Of a DNA stretch of 64,000 nt, positions 28,547 through 38,854 are shown piece by piece. The stretch is taken from contig CAVWFS010000016.1 in NCBI GenBank assembly GCA_963754315.1, positions 128,001 to 192,000 on the forward strand. Direction: 5' to 3'. This DNA comes from an uncultured Candidatus Rokubacteria bacterium (GTDB lineage: Bacteria > Methylomirabilota > Methylomirabilia > Rokubacteriales > CSP1-6). The stretch's first letter is position 1. Each line of letters starts with the position of its first letter. The translations under genes and the position numbers were made by a program. The notes beneath the pieces were generated by a model that saw only the letters and a list, made by a program, of their open reading frames with translations, made no database searches and was not told the DNA's origin.

Positions 28547-29400
28547 CGGGTGCCGAAGAGCCCGGCCGGCCGGACGGCCAGGATCACGGCCATGGGCGCG
28601 AAGATCGTGAAGAGCGCCAGTTCGGGGAACAGGACCTTGCCGAAGTTGTCCAGGCAACCGACCAGAAGGCCTCCCACGAACGCGCCCTTGAGGCTGCCCA
28701 GGCCGCCGATGATCACCACCACGAAGGCCAGCAGCAGAATTTCGAAATCGGCGCCGGGATACACGCCCAGCACGGGGCCGGCCATGATGCCGCCCAGCGC
28801 CGCCAGCGCGGCGCCGACGGCGAACACCAGGGTGCTCAGCAGCGAGACGTTGATGCCGGTGGCGCGGGCGATCTCCGCGTCATCGATGGCGGCGCGCACC
28901 ATGGCTCCGAGCTTCGTCCGTTCCTGGAGGAACCAGAGAACTACCCCGATCACCGTGCCCACGATGATCAGAAACAGGCGGTAGGTGGGAAAGACGAGCA
29001 GCCCCAGCCGCACCGACGCGGACAGAGCGTCAGGCTTGGGCAGGGACTGCGGTGTGCCCCCCCAGGTCCACAGCGCCACATCGCCGACGATGAGGAGGCA
29101 GCCGAACGTGAGCAGCGCCTGGGGTAACTCCTCGTGGGGCGGGAGCCGGCGGAGAAGGAATCGCTCCATCACCACGCCGAGCGCCACCACCACCGCCACC
29201 CCAGCCAGGACGGCCAGGGACAGGCTGCCCGTCCCCTCGACCACCGACAGCGCCACGTAGGCGCCGAGCAGGTAATAGGAGCCGTGGGCGAGATTGAGGA
29301 TGCGCATGAGGCCGAAAATCAGCGAGAGCCCGGCCGCGAGCAAGAAGAGGAGCATCCCGAAGGAAAGTCCGTTGAGGAGCTGGAGAAACCAAAAGGTCAC
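28543..29400 (-). CDS. livH: Liv-type ABC permease
   Basis: GLSLIFG, NLAHG, VIIGGLGS, RPAGLFG. Confidence 0.9.
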   Translation of the reverse strand: MTFWFLQLLNGLSFGMLLFLLAAGLSLIFGLMRILNLAHGSYYLLGAYVALSVVEGTGSLSLAVLAGVAVVVALGVVMERFLLRRLPPHEELPQALLTFGCLLIVGDVALWTWGGTPQSLPKPDALSASVRLGLLVFPTYRLFLIIVGTVIGVVLWFLQERTKLGAMVRAAIDDAEIARATGINVSLLSTLVFAVGAALAALGGIMAGPVLGVYPGADFEILLLAFVVVIIGGLGSLKGAFVGGLLVGCLDNFGKVLFPELALFTIFAPMAVILAVRPAGLFGTR

Positions 29401-29420
29401 GCGTCCTCGTCAGGGCCCTG

Positions 29421-30530
29421 TCACGCGCGTTGCAGTTCGGGCAGGACCCGGCTGGCAAACAGGCGAATGTTCTTGGACGCAAGCTCGTGCGGCATGCTGC
29501 CGAAATGCAAGAGCGCGATGAAGACACCGACCCCGAGCGCGCGCGTCTGGGCCTGGATCTCGCGGATCACGTAGTCGGGATCGCCGATGACGGTGAGACC
29601 TTCCTTCTGGCACAGGTCGAAGTCGAACTCGTAAAAAGGAATGTCTTCCGCCCGCTGCACCACCGCTGGCCGCGGCGGTGGCGACCCGCCCATGATCTTC
29701 ATGGAGCCGCGGTGGTAGGAGAGCAGCCGCTGCCAGAAATAGTCGAGGTGCGGCTCTGCTTCCAGCCGTGCGCGCTCGTTCGTCTCCGCCACGTAGACAT
29801 TTCGCACGAGCAGACAGTGCTCGGGAGTGGGCGTCCAGCCGTGCTCGGCGGCGAGCACCCGGAAGCGATCGAGGGTCGCCTTTGTCCTGGCCAGCGACCG
29901 ATAGGCGGTACCGGTCGGCACCCGCCGGCGGGCGGCGATGGCGAGCCCATCGTCGCTGTCGGCCGGGAGGACGATAGGAGGATGAGGTTGCTGGATCGGT
30001 CGAGGCCAGATCACGACACGGTCGTAATTGAAGTACTTGCCACGCCAGGCGAACGGCTCGCGCTCGGTCCAGGCCTTCACGATGAGATCCCAGGCCTCTT
30101 CCAGCCGGGCGCGGGCGTCCTCCAGCGGAACGCTCAGGGCCAGAAACTCCTGGGGTACGCCGCGGACGAAGCCTGAGATGACCCGGCCGCCGGACATCAC
30201 GTCCAGCATGGCCACCTCCTCGGCCAGCCGTACCGGGTGGGCATGCAGGGCGGGAAGATTTCCGAAGATGGCGATCTTGATACGGCGCGTGCGTTGGGTG
30301 AGGGCGGCGGCAATGATGTTCGGCGAGGGCATGAGCCCGTACGGTTTGGCGTGGTGCTCGTTGATGCAGATCGCGTCGAAGCCGTACTCCTCGTACAGGT
30401 CCATCTGCCGCAGGTGCTCGTCATAGATCTGGTGGCCCCGCAGAGGATCGTAGAGGTCGTTCGGATCGGGATAATGGGAAGGCTTCTCGAGGTACGGCCA
30501 GGGCATGAGATCGAAGGCGTAGACTTTCAC
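29421..30530 (-). CDS. LLM-class flavin-dependent oxidoreductase
   Basis: NEHH, MPSPN, RLAEEVAMLDVMSGGR, WPRPIQQPHPP; GTGA overlap with the upstream gene. Confidence 0.9.
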   Translation of the reverse strand: MKVYAFDLMPWPYLEKPSHYPDPNDLYDPLRGHQIYDEHLRQMDLYEEYGFDAICINEHHAKPYGLMPSPNIIAAALTQRTRRIKIAIFGNLPALHAHPVRLAEEVAMLDVMSGGRVISGFVRGVPQEFLALSVPLEDARARLEEAWDLIVKAWTEREPFAWRGKYFNYDRVVIWPRPIQQPHPPIVLPADSDDGLAIAARRRVPTGTAYRSLARTKATLDRFRVLAAEHGWTPTPEHCLLVRNVYVAETNERARLEAEPHLDYFWQRLLSYHRGSMKIMGGSPPPRPAVVQRAEDIPFYEFDFDLCQKEGLTVIGDPDYVIREIQAQTRALGVGVFIALLHFGSMPHELASKNIRLFASRVLPELQRA

Positions 30531-31216
30531 TTCAGGTGCCGATCGAAGAACTCGATCGTCCGTTTCCACGCCAGCTCGGCCGCCGGCGCGTTATATTCGG
30601 CGATCGGGAGCTTCTTGTCCCCGACCAACGTCTCGTTGGCGAAGGCGTGCTTGGCCTGATAGCGGTGAAACTCGAATCGCACATTGGCCGCGCGGAGCTT
30701 TTCCTCCAGGGTATTCACGGTCGCGATCGGGAATGGCACGTCTTCGATCGCGTAGTGTCCCAGCAGGGGCGCCTTGATTTTCGTGGCATCGATGTACTCG
30801 AGTGGCGGAAAGCCGTACCAGACGACGCCGGCGTCGGCCTCGGGCACGTTGACGACCGCGAGGAGCGTCAACGCCCCGCCCAGGCAGAAGCCGGTGACGC
30901 CGACCTTGCGGCTCTGCCCTTTCAAATGCTGGACCGCGCCCCGCACATCTTGGCCGGCCGCGTCGCCGAAGTTGAGATTGCTCATCAGATGCTCGGCTTC
31001 CTTCGCCTCGACCGTGACCTTGCCGCGGTAGAGGTCCGGCACCAGCGCTCGGTAGCCGGCCCCGGCCATGCGGTCGGCCACGCCCCTGATCTGGGCATTC
31101 AGCCCCCACCATTCCTGGATCACCACGACCCCCGGCGCGCTCCCGGCGGCTGGCTCCGCCAAGTAGCCCTGCACGCTCTGTCCATCCGGCCGCCTGAAGC
31201 TGATCATCTGGCCCAT
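30527..31216 (-). CDS. Dienelactone hydrolase family protein
   Basis: IQEWWGLN, GFCLGG nucleophile elbow, HAFAN. Confidence 0.93.
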   Translation of the reverse strand: MGQMISFRRPDGQSVQGYLAEPAAGSAPGVVVIQEWWGLNAQIRGVADRMAGAGYRALVPDLYRGKVTVEAKEAEHLMSNLNFGDAAGQDVRGAVQHLKGQSRKVGVTGFCLGGALTLLAVVNVPEADAGVVWYGFPPLEYIDATKIKAPLLGHYAIEDVPFPIATVNTLEEKLRAANVRFEFHRYQAKHAFANETLVGDKKLPIAEYNAPAAELAWKRTIEFFDRHLK

Positions 31217-31269
31217 GGCTCACCCCCTGCGGGACTTGTCCGGCCCTCCTATGTTACATAGAGGAGCGT

Positions 31270-31914
31270 ATGTCTTCAGGCGCGACCGTGCGGTACTACG
31301 ACATCTCCCTGAATCTCTCGAGTGAGACAGTTCGCTGGGTGGCAGCGCCAGCCCTGGAGTTCGTGGAGCGTCGACGCATCAACCGGGGCGATGCAACCAA
31401 CGCGTCGGCCGTCACGATGAGCGTTCACTCGGGAACGCACGTGGACGCGCCCTTTCACTTCGTCCCGGACGGCGCGACCATCGACCTGCTGCCGCTCGAG
31501 ATGTTCATCGGCCCCGCCCTGGTGCACGCGGTGGACGCCGAACGCTACATAACCGAAGAGCACGTGAACACAATCGAGCTGGGTGGGGTCACCCGCGTTC
31601 TCTTCAAGACGCGCAACTCCAACTTGCTTCGTCAGCCCACCTACGACCCGGATTTCGTCGCCTTCTCTCTGGGGGCAGCGCGCGCCCTCGTGAATCGCGG
31701 CGTTCGCCTGGTTGGTCTCGACTATCTCTCGGTGGCGCATGCGGACGAGCAGGTACCGGTGCACCGCGCGTTCCTCGACCACGGCGTGATCCTCCTCGAA
31801 GGCATCGACCTGCTGGCGATCGAGCCCGGGCGCTACGAGCTGATCTGTTTTCCTCTCCGCCTGCGCGGCTCGGACGGTGCGCCGTGTCGCGCTGTGCTGC
31901 GCGATCTGGCCTGA
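31270..31914 (+). CDS. Cyclase family / kynurenine formamidase-like hydrolase
   Basis: HSGTHVDAPFH, GLDYLS, DGAPCRA. Confidence 0.9.
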   Translation: MSSGATVRYYDISLNLSSETVRWVAAPALEFVERRRINRGDATNASAVTMSVHSGTHVDAPFHFVPDGATIDLLPLEMFIGPALVHAVDAERYITEEHVNTIELGGVTRVLFKTRNSNLLRQPTYDPDFVAFSLGAARALVNRGVRLVGLDYLSVAHADEQVPVHRAFLDHGVILLEGIDLLAIEPGRYELICFPLRLRGSDGAPCRAVLRDLA

Positions 31915-31929
31915 TCGTCGATCGCGCCT

Positions 31930-33231
31930 TCACGGTGCGCGGCGGTAGATCAGGCGGCCGCCGCGGAACGTGTAGCGGACCCGACCCAGGGCGCGAATGT
32001 CCTGCTCAGGGTTGCCGTCCACCACCGCGATATCGGCGTCCAGGCCCGGGGCCAGACGGCCCGTCCGGTGGCTTGCGCCGAACCGCTCCGCCGGCGCCGT
32101 GGTGAGCGCGGTCAGGATCTTCGAATAGGAGAGGCCGGCTCCCTGCATGAGCACGTATTCGTCGGTCGGGTCGTAGTCGGTCATGTAGCCGACGTCGGTA
32201 CCGAATAACACCTGGCCGCCGAGATCCGCGAAGGCACGCAACTGCGCCTGCGCGTTTCCGACAACGGCGTCCATCACCTCTCGCGGCAGCCCCAGCTTCG
32301 AGAGCTCGAAGACAAAGAGCTTGAGGGTCGGCACGAGCGCCATGCGGCGTTCGACCATCAAGCCAGGTAGCGCGCGATCCCACGGCCTTCGATCCAGCTC
32401 GGATGGAAAGGTGTGAACGAGGACATCCACGCCACCCTCGATGGCAACACGCGCGCCCGCGCTGTTGGACGGGTGCGCCACCACGAGCTTGCCGCCGCGG
32501 TGGGCGGTCTCGGTGGCGGCACGCACGGTCTCGACCGTCATGACCACGATCAGATCCGGTCGGGCAAAGGAGCCCGTGAAGAGTTTCAGCGCGTCGGCGC
32601 CGCGGTCGAGCTCGCCACCGACCACGGCAGGAGTCGCTTCTGCGCTGGTAAGCTCGGGCAGTCGGAGGGGGGCGATGTAGAACGGGCTCCCGCCTGGTGG
32701 GACGAAGCCCGTCCCGGTCGTCAGGATGGCTGGACCCGGGATCTCGCCGCTCTCGATGCGCCGCCGCAGCGCCAAGGTCTCCGGGAGCCAGGAGCCGGTG
32801 TCGAGCACCCGGACCACGCCGTACGATGTCAGCATCGAGCGCACGCCGTCGGCCAGCCGGTCGGCGGACGCTGTCTCCGTCGAGCGGAACGGTTCCGCGG
32901 TGAAGTGGACGTGGCTGTTCCAGAATCCAGCCATGACCGTGCTCCCCGCGCAATCGATCAGGGTGGCGCCTGCCGGTACGCGCACCTCACTGCGACGCCC
33001 GACGCTCGCGAGGACACCGTCGCGGACGATGACCACACCGTCCGAAATCACGGGCGCGTCGGGCGCAGGTTGCACGCGCCCACCGACCAGCGCGATCACC
33101 GTGGGGGCCGCTGTCGGGGCCGGCGGGCTCGTCGGAAGCCCGCACGCTGCCGCCATGAGAAGCAGGGCCGGGACGACACGTATCAGCGCCCCTGCGGCAA
33201 TGCCGACCCGTGATTGTCCCGCTGGCGCCAT
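31930..33231 (-). CDS. Amidohydrolase family protein (possible lipoprotein)
   Basis: NSHVH, FGTDVG, GRLAPGLDAD; lipobox-like AAAC; start approximate. Confidence 0.85.
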   Translation of the reverse strand: MAPAGQSRVGIAAGALIRVVPALLLMAAACGLPTSPPAPTAAPTVIALVGGRVQPAPDAPVISDGVVIVRDGVLASVGRRSEVRVPAGATLIDCAGSTVMAGFWNSHVHFTAEPFRSTETASADRLADGVRSMLTSYGVVRVLDTGSWLPETLALRRRIESGEIPGPAILTTGTGFVPPGGSPFYIAPLRLPELTSAEATPAVVGGELDRGADALKLFTGSFARPDLIVVMTVETVRAATETAHRGGKLVVAHPSNSAGARVAIEGGVDVLVHTFPSELDRRPWDRALPGLMVERRMALVPTLKLFVFELSKLGLPREVMDAVVGNAQAQLRAFADLGGQVLFGTDVGYMTDYDPTDEYVLMQGAGLSYSKILTALTTAPAERFGASHRTGRLAPGLDADIAVVDGNPEQDIRALGRVRYTFRGGRLIYRRAP

Positions 33232-33306
33232 GTCCCACCTCTTGGTTCCGCTGTCTTCGACCGCCATACTAGCGTGGCACACTGACATGAGAGGGGGAAG
33301 AAGACT

Positions 33307-33744
33307 ATGAGCACACCACGACCTGGACCCGGCGGGAGGCCGCCCGGTTGGCAGCAGGAGCATATGCGTCGCTACATTGCGAGCGGTGGTCAGGACGGAC
33401 ACCTCTGGGAAGGCGTCACGACGCTCTTGCTGACGACGACTGGCCATCGCTCGGGCCAGGCGCGAACGACGCCGCTCATCTACGGACGCGACGGTGATCG
33501 CTACCTTGTGGTGGCCTCACGGGGCGGGGCCCCGAAGCACCCATCCTGGTACGAGAACCTCGCCGCCCAGCCGCTTGTCCAGGTGCAGGTCATGGCCGAT
33601 CGCTTCAAGGCCAGGGCCCGCACGGCCACGGCTGCCGAGAAACCGGCGCTGTGGAAGACGATGGCCGCCATCTGGCCACCCTACGACGAGTACCAGGCGC
33701 GAACGCCCCGCGAGATCCCCGTGGTGATCCTCGAGCGCGTCTGA
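33307..33744 (+). CDS. Ddn-like deazaflavin (F420H2)-dependent oxidoreductase
   Basis: LLLTTTGHRSG...RTTPL, VASRGG...HPSWYENL, YQARTPREIPVV. Confidence 0.92.
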   Translation: MSTPRPGPGGRPPGWQQEHMRRYIASGGQDGHLWEGVTTLLLTTTGHRSGQARTTPLIYGRDGDRYLVVASRGGAPKHPSWYENLAAQPLVQVQVMADRFKARARTATAAEKPALWKTMAAIWPPYDEYQARTPREIPVVILERV

Positions 33745-33779
33745 GGGAGGCCCGACGGTGGACGCTGGCAATTCTGGAC

Positions 33780-34796
33780 TCACCCGGCTGAGTTGAGGCG
33801 ACCTCGGCGCACGCTGTCGAAGGCCACCGCCACCACGATGAAGGTGCCGACGAAGGCGCCCTGCCAGAACGTGCTGATGCCGAGCAGGGTCAGGCTGTTG
33901 CGAATGATTTCGATGAGGGCGGCGCCGACCACGGCGCCCAGGATCGAACCACTGCCACCGATCAGATTGGCCCCGCCGATGACCGCGGCCGCGATCACAC
34001 TGAGTTCCATGGACTGGCCCAGATTGGTGGTCACGCCGCCGAGCCAGCTTGCCTCGAGGACGCCAGCCACTCCCGCCATGAATCCACACAGCATGTAGAT
34101 ACCGATCTTGATCCGTGCGACCGGCAGGCCGGTGAGGATGGCCGCCCGCTCATTGCCGCCCACGGCCATGATCCGCGCGCCCCAACGCGTCCACCGCAGC
34201 GCAAAGCCGACGACGAGCCAGCAGGCGGCCAGGACCACCACCGGATTCGGGATCCCCAGCGTGGATCCGCCGCCGAGCCACAAGAAGGCAGCGTGGTCAG
34301 GGCCGAATTGATAGACCATCTTGTTCTGCGAGGCCACCATGGCAAGGCTGCGGGCAATTGACAGCATCCCCAGGGTGGCCACAAAGGGCGGTATCCGGAC
34401 GAGCGTGATCAGGGCGCCGTTGACCAGTCCGACCAGAAGGGACGCGGTGAGCCCGGCGGCAATGCCCACCCACATGCGATGGCCGGCATGGAGCACGACG
34501 CCGGTGACCATCGCCGACAGACAGAGGGTCGAGCCGACCGACAGATCGATGCCGCCCGTGATAATCACCGCCGTCATCCCGATGGCGACAATGGCGACAA
34601 AGGCAAAATTCCGGGTCACGTTGAAGAGGTTCTGGGGCGTGGCAAATGCGTCCGTCGCGAATGACAGGATGACGGCGGCGAGGAGAGCGGCCATGAGCAC
34701 CCAGAACGCCTGGAGGCCAAGCAGCCGCCCGATCAGACTGTGGCTGCGGGTGTCAATGGCGCGCTGAAAATCGCCCGAAATCGATCCCTCGCTCAT
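33780..34796 (-). CDS. Sugar ABC transporter permease (RbsC-like)
   Basis: GGIDLSVG, IPPFVATLG, IAAAVIGG. Confidence 0.92.
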   Translation of the reverse strand: MSEGSISGDFQRAIDTRSHSLIGRLLGLQAFWVLMAALLAAVILSFATDAFATPQNLFNVTRNFAFVAIVAIGMTAVIITGGIDLSVGSTLCLSAMVTGVVLHAGHRMWVGIAAGLTASLLVGLVNGALITLVRIPPFVATLGMLSIARSLAMVASQNKMVYQFGPDHAAFLWLGGGSTLGIPNPVVVLAACWLVVGFALRWTRWGARIMAVGGNERAAILTGLPVARIKIGIYMLCGFMAGVAGVLEASWLGGVTTNLGQSMELSVIAAAVIGGANLIGGSGSILGAVVGAALIEIIRNSLTLLGISTFWQGAFVGTFIVVAVAFDSVRRGRLNSAG

Positions 34797-34800
34797 GACG

Positions 34801-35541
34801 TCAGGCCGCGTCGATCGCGCCCGTGATGAGTCCTGTGATCTCCTCGGGACTCGTGGCGGAAATGGCCTTGTCGGCGACCTTGCGACCGCGCCGCAGCACG
34901 ATGATGCGGTCGGCCACCGCGAAGACGTCGGGCATGCGGTGACTGATCAACACGACGGCAATGCCCTGATCGCGTAATCGGCGGACCAGATTCAACACTT
35001 CGGTGACTTGACGCACCGAGATCGCCGCCGTCGGCTCATCCATCAGGACGATCTTTGGATTGGACAGACGGGTGCGGGCGATGGCCACGGCTTGCCGCTG
35101 GCCTCCGGACATATCCCGCACGACGTCGCGCGGCCGCGTCTCCGATTTCAGCTCGGTGAACAGCTCGGCGGCGCGCCGGCTCATCGCTTTGAAGTCGAGC
35201 ACGCGCAGCGGCCCCATCCAGCGGGTGAGCTCCCGCCCCATGAAGATGTTGATGGAAGCGGACAGATTGTCGCAGAGGGCGAGATCTTGATAGACGATCT
35301 CGATTCCACTCTGACGGGCCTCGGACGGCCGGGCGAACACGGCTGGCCGCCCGTCCACGAACAGCTTGCCGGCCGTGGGAGGAAAATTACCGGCCACGAC
35401 CTTGACCAGGGTCGATTTGCCGGCGCCATTGTCTCCCATCACGCCGACCACTTCCCCGGCCGAGATGGTCAAGGAGATATCATCGAGGGCCCGAATGGCG
35501 CCGAAATACTTTGAGATGGCCCGGCATTCCAGTATCGGCAA
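34801..35541 (-). CDS. Sugar ABC transporter ATP-binding protein
   Basis: GDNGAGKST, MSGGQRQ, DEPTAA. Confidence 0.92.
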   Translation of the reverse strand: MPILECRAISKYFGAIRALDDISLTISAGEVVGVMGDNGAGKSTLVKVVAGNFPPTAGKLFVDGRPAVFARPSEARQSGIEIVYQDLALCDNLSASINIFMGRELTRWMGPLRVLDFKAMSRRAAELFTELKSETRPRDVVRDMSGGQRQAVAIARTRLSNPKIVLMDEPTAAISVRQVTEVLNLVRRLRDQGIAVVLISHRMPDVFAVADRIIVLRRGRKVADKAISATSPEEITGLITGAIDAA

Positions 35542-35670
35542 TGACCTGTCCTCCGCAATGGGCCCGTGCTCATCCGATGATATCGGAAGGACGAGTCATC
35601 TTGACCGACGATCAGTAGGTCGCTAGACTCGCGCTGCCCGAGATCAGCCTACTCACAACGGAGTGAGAGC

Positions 35671-36657
35671 ATGAAAACGCTGATAGCCTTGGCCATCGCC
35701 ACCGTCCTGGCCATCACCACCCAACCAGCCCTGGGGCAGGACAAGACCCTGGCCATCGTGGTCAAGGGCCTCGACAACCCGTTCTTCGAGCAGATCAATC
35801 TCGGGTGCCAGAAGTGGAATGCCGAGAACAAAGGAAAGGGCTACCGGTGCCTCTACACGGGACCGGCCTCCAGCACTGATGAGGCCGGTGAGATTCAGAT
35901 CGTCGATGACCTGCTGACCAAGGGCGTCGCCGCCATCGCCATCTCGCCGTCCAATGCACCGTTGATGGCGAATCTCCTGAAGAGGAAGGCGCCCAAGATC
36001 CCGGTCATGACCATCGATGCCGATCTGGCCAAGGAGGACCACGGCCTGAGGAAGACGTACCTCGGGACCGACAACTACCTCATGGGCGTCAAATTTGCCG
36101 AGTATCTGAAGAAATTCAAGCCGAAGGGGGGCACCATTTGCCTGCAGCTCGGTAACGTGGCCGCCGACAACATCAACGCGCGTGCCGCCGGTACCCGCGA
36201 CACCCTGGCCGGCGCCAAGGGGACGGCGAGGCTCACCGGACAGAACGGCTGGAAAGAGATCGACGGTTGCCCGCTATTCACCAACGATCAGGCCGACCTC
36301 GCCAACCGGCAGATGGCCGACGTCTTCACGGCCAATCCCAAGCTCGATGCCTTCGTGCTGGAAGGTGGCTGGGCACAGTTCGCCCCCCAGGCGTACTCGC
36401 AAGTCACCGGCCAGGTCATGGACAAGCTGAAGAGCAAGGCGCTCGTCATCGTAGCCGGTGATACGCTCCCGCCCCAGATCGAGGCGCTCAAGGCGGGCCG
36501 CAGCCACGTCCAGGTCGGTCAGCGCCCGTTTGAAATGGGATATCGGGCGCCATCGGTGATGATCGATTTGATCAACGGCAAGCAGGTTCCGCCCGTGATC
36601 TACACCGGCCTCGATGAGTGCACGCTGGAAAATGTGGGTACGTGCATCGCCAAGTAA
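35671..36657 (+). CDS. Sugar ABC substrate-binding protein
   Basis: Signal peptide; KGLDNPFF, YLGTDNY, GQRPFEMG. Confidence 0.92.
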   Translation: MKTLIALAIATVLAITTQPALGQDKTLAIVVKGLDNPFFEQINLGCQKWNAENKGKGYRCLYTGPASSTDEAGEIQIVDDLLTKGVAAIAISPSNAPLMANLLKRKAPKIPVMTIDADLAKEDHGLRKTYLGTDNYLMGVKFAEYLKKFKPKGGTICLQLGNVAADNINARAAGTRDTLAGAKGTARLTGQNGWKEIDGCPLFTNDQADLANRQMADVFTANPKLDAFVLEGGWAQFAPQAYSQVTGQVMDKLKSKALVIVAGDTLPPQIEALKAGRSHVQVGQRPFEMGYRAPSVMIDLINGKQVPPVIYTGLDECTLENVGTCIAK

Positions 36658-36666
36658 CGTCCGTGC

Positions 36667-38067
36667 TCATTTTCCCTTGACGGTCGGGAAGCCCGCGCGC
36701 GTCCACGCCATCATGCCGCCGAGGACGTTGAAGATTCTCGGGTAGCCGCGCCGGGCCAGCACACTCGCCACGACGGACGACCGATAGCCGCTGCTGCAGA
36801 CGACCGCCACCGGCCGTTCTGGGGAAAGCTCGTCCGCCCGCTCCTGGATCTGCGCGCCGGTGATGTGGCGCGCCCCGTCGATGTGGCCGGCCATCCACTC
36901 GTGCGGCTGCCTCACGTCGAGCACGACCAGATCGCGTTCGCGCTCCAGATGCCGGCGAAGGTCATGCGCTGTCCACTGGGGGAGGAAGGCAAGATCTTGG
37001 CCTGACGTCCGCCACGCGTACATTCCATTGGCCAGCCAGCCCTCGGGCAGCGCGAAGCCGATCCTGAGCAGCGACCAGCACACGTCCCAAAGATTCGACG
37101 CATGGTCGAGGACCAGCAAGACCCGAGTGTCGACGGGGACCACGGACCCGAACCATGTCGGGAACGAGGGACCCATCCCCACGTTGAGGGAGTGCGGGAT
37201 GTGGCCGGCGCCGTACGCCTCCGGCGAGCGGCAGTCGACGACGATGGCCCCCCGATCATGGCGCCGGACGAACTCGTCCACGCGCAGGGCGGGTGGTTCG
37301 GCGAGCACACCGAGCAGCGGCGGTCCCTGCTGATTCAGCTCCCGCATTCGCCGCCAGTATGGAGGTACCGCCGGCAAGCTCTCGAGGTTCAGGCACTCCG
37401 CAACGAAACGCTCGCGTGACGTGATGCACGAGAGCAGGTGGTTGAGGCGCCGCTCGTAGCCGATCGTCGTCGAGTAGCGGCTGCCGATGTTGCCGCCGCA
37501 GAGCGAGCCGGCCACATGGGTGGGGTAGACCTCGACGTGATCGGGGAGCGCGAGAATCTTGTCCTGCAGTGTCTGTTGCATGGCCCTCGCCATCTCGAGC
37601 GTGTGGTCGTGACTGCCGAGGAGGTCCGGACGAGCCACGTCGCCGACGAGGAGGGCGCCACCGGACAGCAGGAGGGCGGGCGCCTCACCGCGGGCGCGAT
37701 CGGTCACGAGCAAGCTGATGTGCTCGGGGGTGTGACCCGGTGTGTGAAGCGCTTCTATGAGCACCTCCCCCATCTCGACCCGCTGCCCATCCCCCAACGG
37801 ACGCGCCGCATACCCGATCTCTGCCCTGGCTCCGGCCAGTAACTGCGCCTCGCCTCGCCCGGCCACTTCACAGATGCCCGTGACATAGTCGTTGTGCTGA
37901 TGCGTGTCGACGGCATACGCGATCTGCAGTCCATGCTTTCGGGCCGCCTCGAAGTACACGTCGACGTCTCGCCGGACATCCAGCACCAGTGCCTCGCCAG
38001 ATTGCTCCGAGCCGAGCAGGTACGAGGCCTGACCGAGCTCCTCGAGGACGAACTGCCGGAAGATCAT
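36667..38067 (-). CDS. MBL-fold persulfide dioxygenase fused to two rhodanese domains (CstB-like)
   Basis: DTHQHND, HTPGHTPEH, HVAGSLCG, LDVRQPHEW, active-site loop CSSGYRS. Confidence 0.85.
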   Translation of the reverse strand: MIFRQFVLEELGQASYLLGSEQSGEALVLDVRRDVDVYFEAARKHGLQIAYAVDTHQHNDYVTGICEVAGRGEAQLLAGARAEIGYAARPLGDGQRVEMGEVLIEALHTPGHTPEHISLLVTDRARGEAPALLLSGGALLVGDVARPDLLGSHDHTLEMARAMQQTLQDKILALPDHVEVYPTHVAGSLCGGNIGSRYSTTIGYERRLNHLLSCITSRERFVAECLNLESLPAVPPYWRRMRELNQQGPPLLGVLAEPPALRVDEFVRRHDRGAIVVDCRSPEAYGAGHIPHSLNVGMGPSFPTWFGSVVPVDTRVLLVLDHASNLWDVCWSLLRIGFALPEGWLANGMYAWRTSGQDLAFLPQWTAHDLRRHLERERDLVVLDVRQPHEWMAGHIDGARHITGAQIQERADELSPERPVAVVCSSGYRSSVVASVLARRGYPRIFNVLGGMMAWTRAGFPTVKGK

Positions 38068-38080
38068 GGCCGAGGGGGTG

Positions 38081-38395
38081 TCAGAGGAGGCCGAGCTTCA
38101 GCTTGGCGGCGTCGGACATCATGTCGCGGTCCCAGGGCGGGTCAAAGACGATATCCACCTTGGCGTCAGTGACGCCGGTTACCGAGCGCACCCGGCTCTC
38201 GACCTCGGCGGGAAGCTCCTCGGCAGCTGGGCAGTTGGGCGCCGTGAGGGTCATGCGAACCTGGACCCCACCGTCGGGCGCCACGGTGACGCCGTAGATG
38301 AGGCCCAGGTCGTAGATGTTCACCGGGATCTCCGGGTCGTAACACGTCTGCAGCGCCTCGATCACCTGACGCTCGATGGCCACCTGGTCGACCAT
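38081..38395 (-). CDS. sufT: DUF59 Fe-S cluster assembly protein
   Basis: YDPEIPVNIYDLGLIY, MTLTAPNCP, FDPPW. Confidence 0.9.
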   Translation of the reverse strand: MVDQVAIERQVIEALQTCYDPEIPVNIYDLGLIYGVTVAPDGGVQVRMTLTAPNCPAAEELPAEVESRVRSVTGVTDAKVDIVFDPPWDRDMMSDAAKLKLGLL

Positions 38396-38407
38396 GCTCG
38401 TCCCTTT

Positions 38408-38854
38408 CTATTCGGTCGAGATGGGCTCGGCGGCACCGCTGAGAGCCGCCTGCAGGGTGTGCCAGGGCAGGGTGGCACACTTGACCCGGCTGGGGAACTC
38501 GCGCACGCCGGCAAAGACGGCCAGCTTGCCAAGATCGCCGCCGTGGCCGTTGTCCTCCCCGGTGAGCATCGTGTGGAAGCGGTGGAACAGTGCCTCGGCG
38601 TCGGCGGCCGTCTTGCCGACGACGCTGCTCGTCATCATGGACGCCGAAGCCTTCGAGATGGCGCAGCCGCTCCCCTGAAAGGCCGCGTCCTTGATCACAC
38701 CGTCCTCGACCGTGAGGTAGAGCGTGAGCTGGTCGCCGCAGAGCGGGTTGAAGCCCTCGGCCGTCCGGTTGGCCGTCGGAAGCGCGCGAAAGTTGCGAGG
38801 CTTCCGGTTGTGGTCGAGGATCACCTGCTGGTACAGCTCGCGCAGTTCGGACAT
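38408..38854 (-). CDS. sufU: SUF system NifU-family protein
   Basis: [35 protein letters not shown] at 38854. Confidence 0.93.
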   Translation of the reverse strand: MSELRELYQQVILDHNRKPRNFRALPTANRTAEGFNPLCGDQLTLYLTVEDGVIKDAAFQGSGCAISKASASMMTSSVVGKTAADAEALFHRFHTMLTGEDNGHGGDLGKLAVFAGVREFPSRVKCATLPWHTLQAALSGAAEPISTE

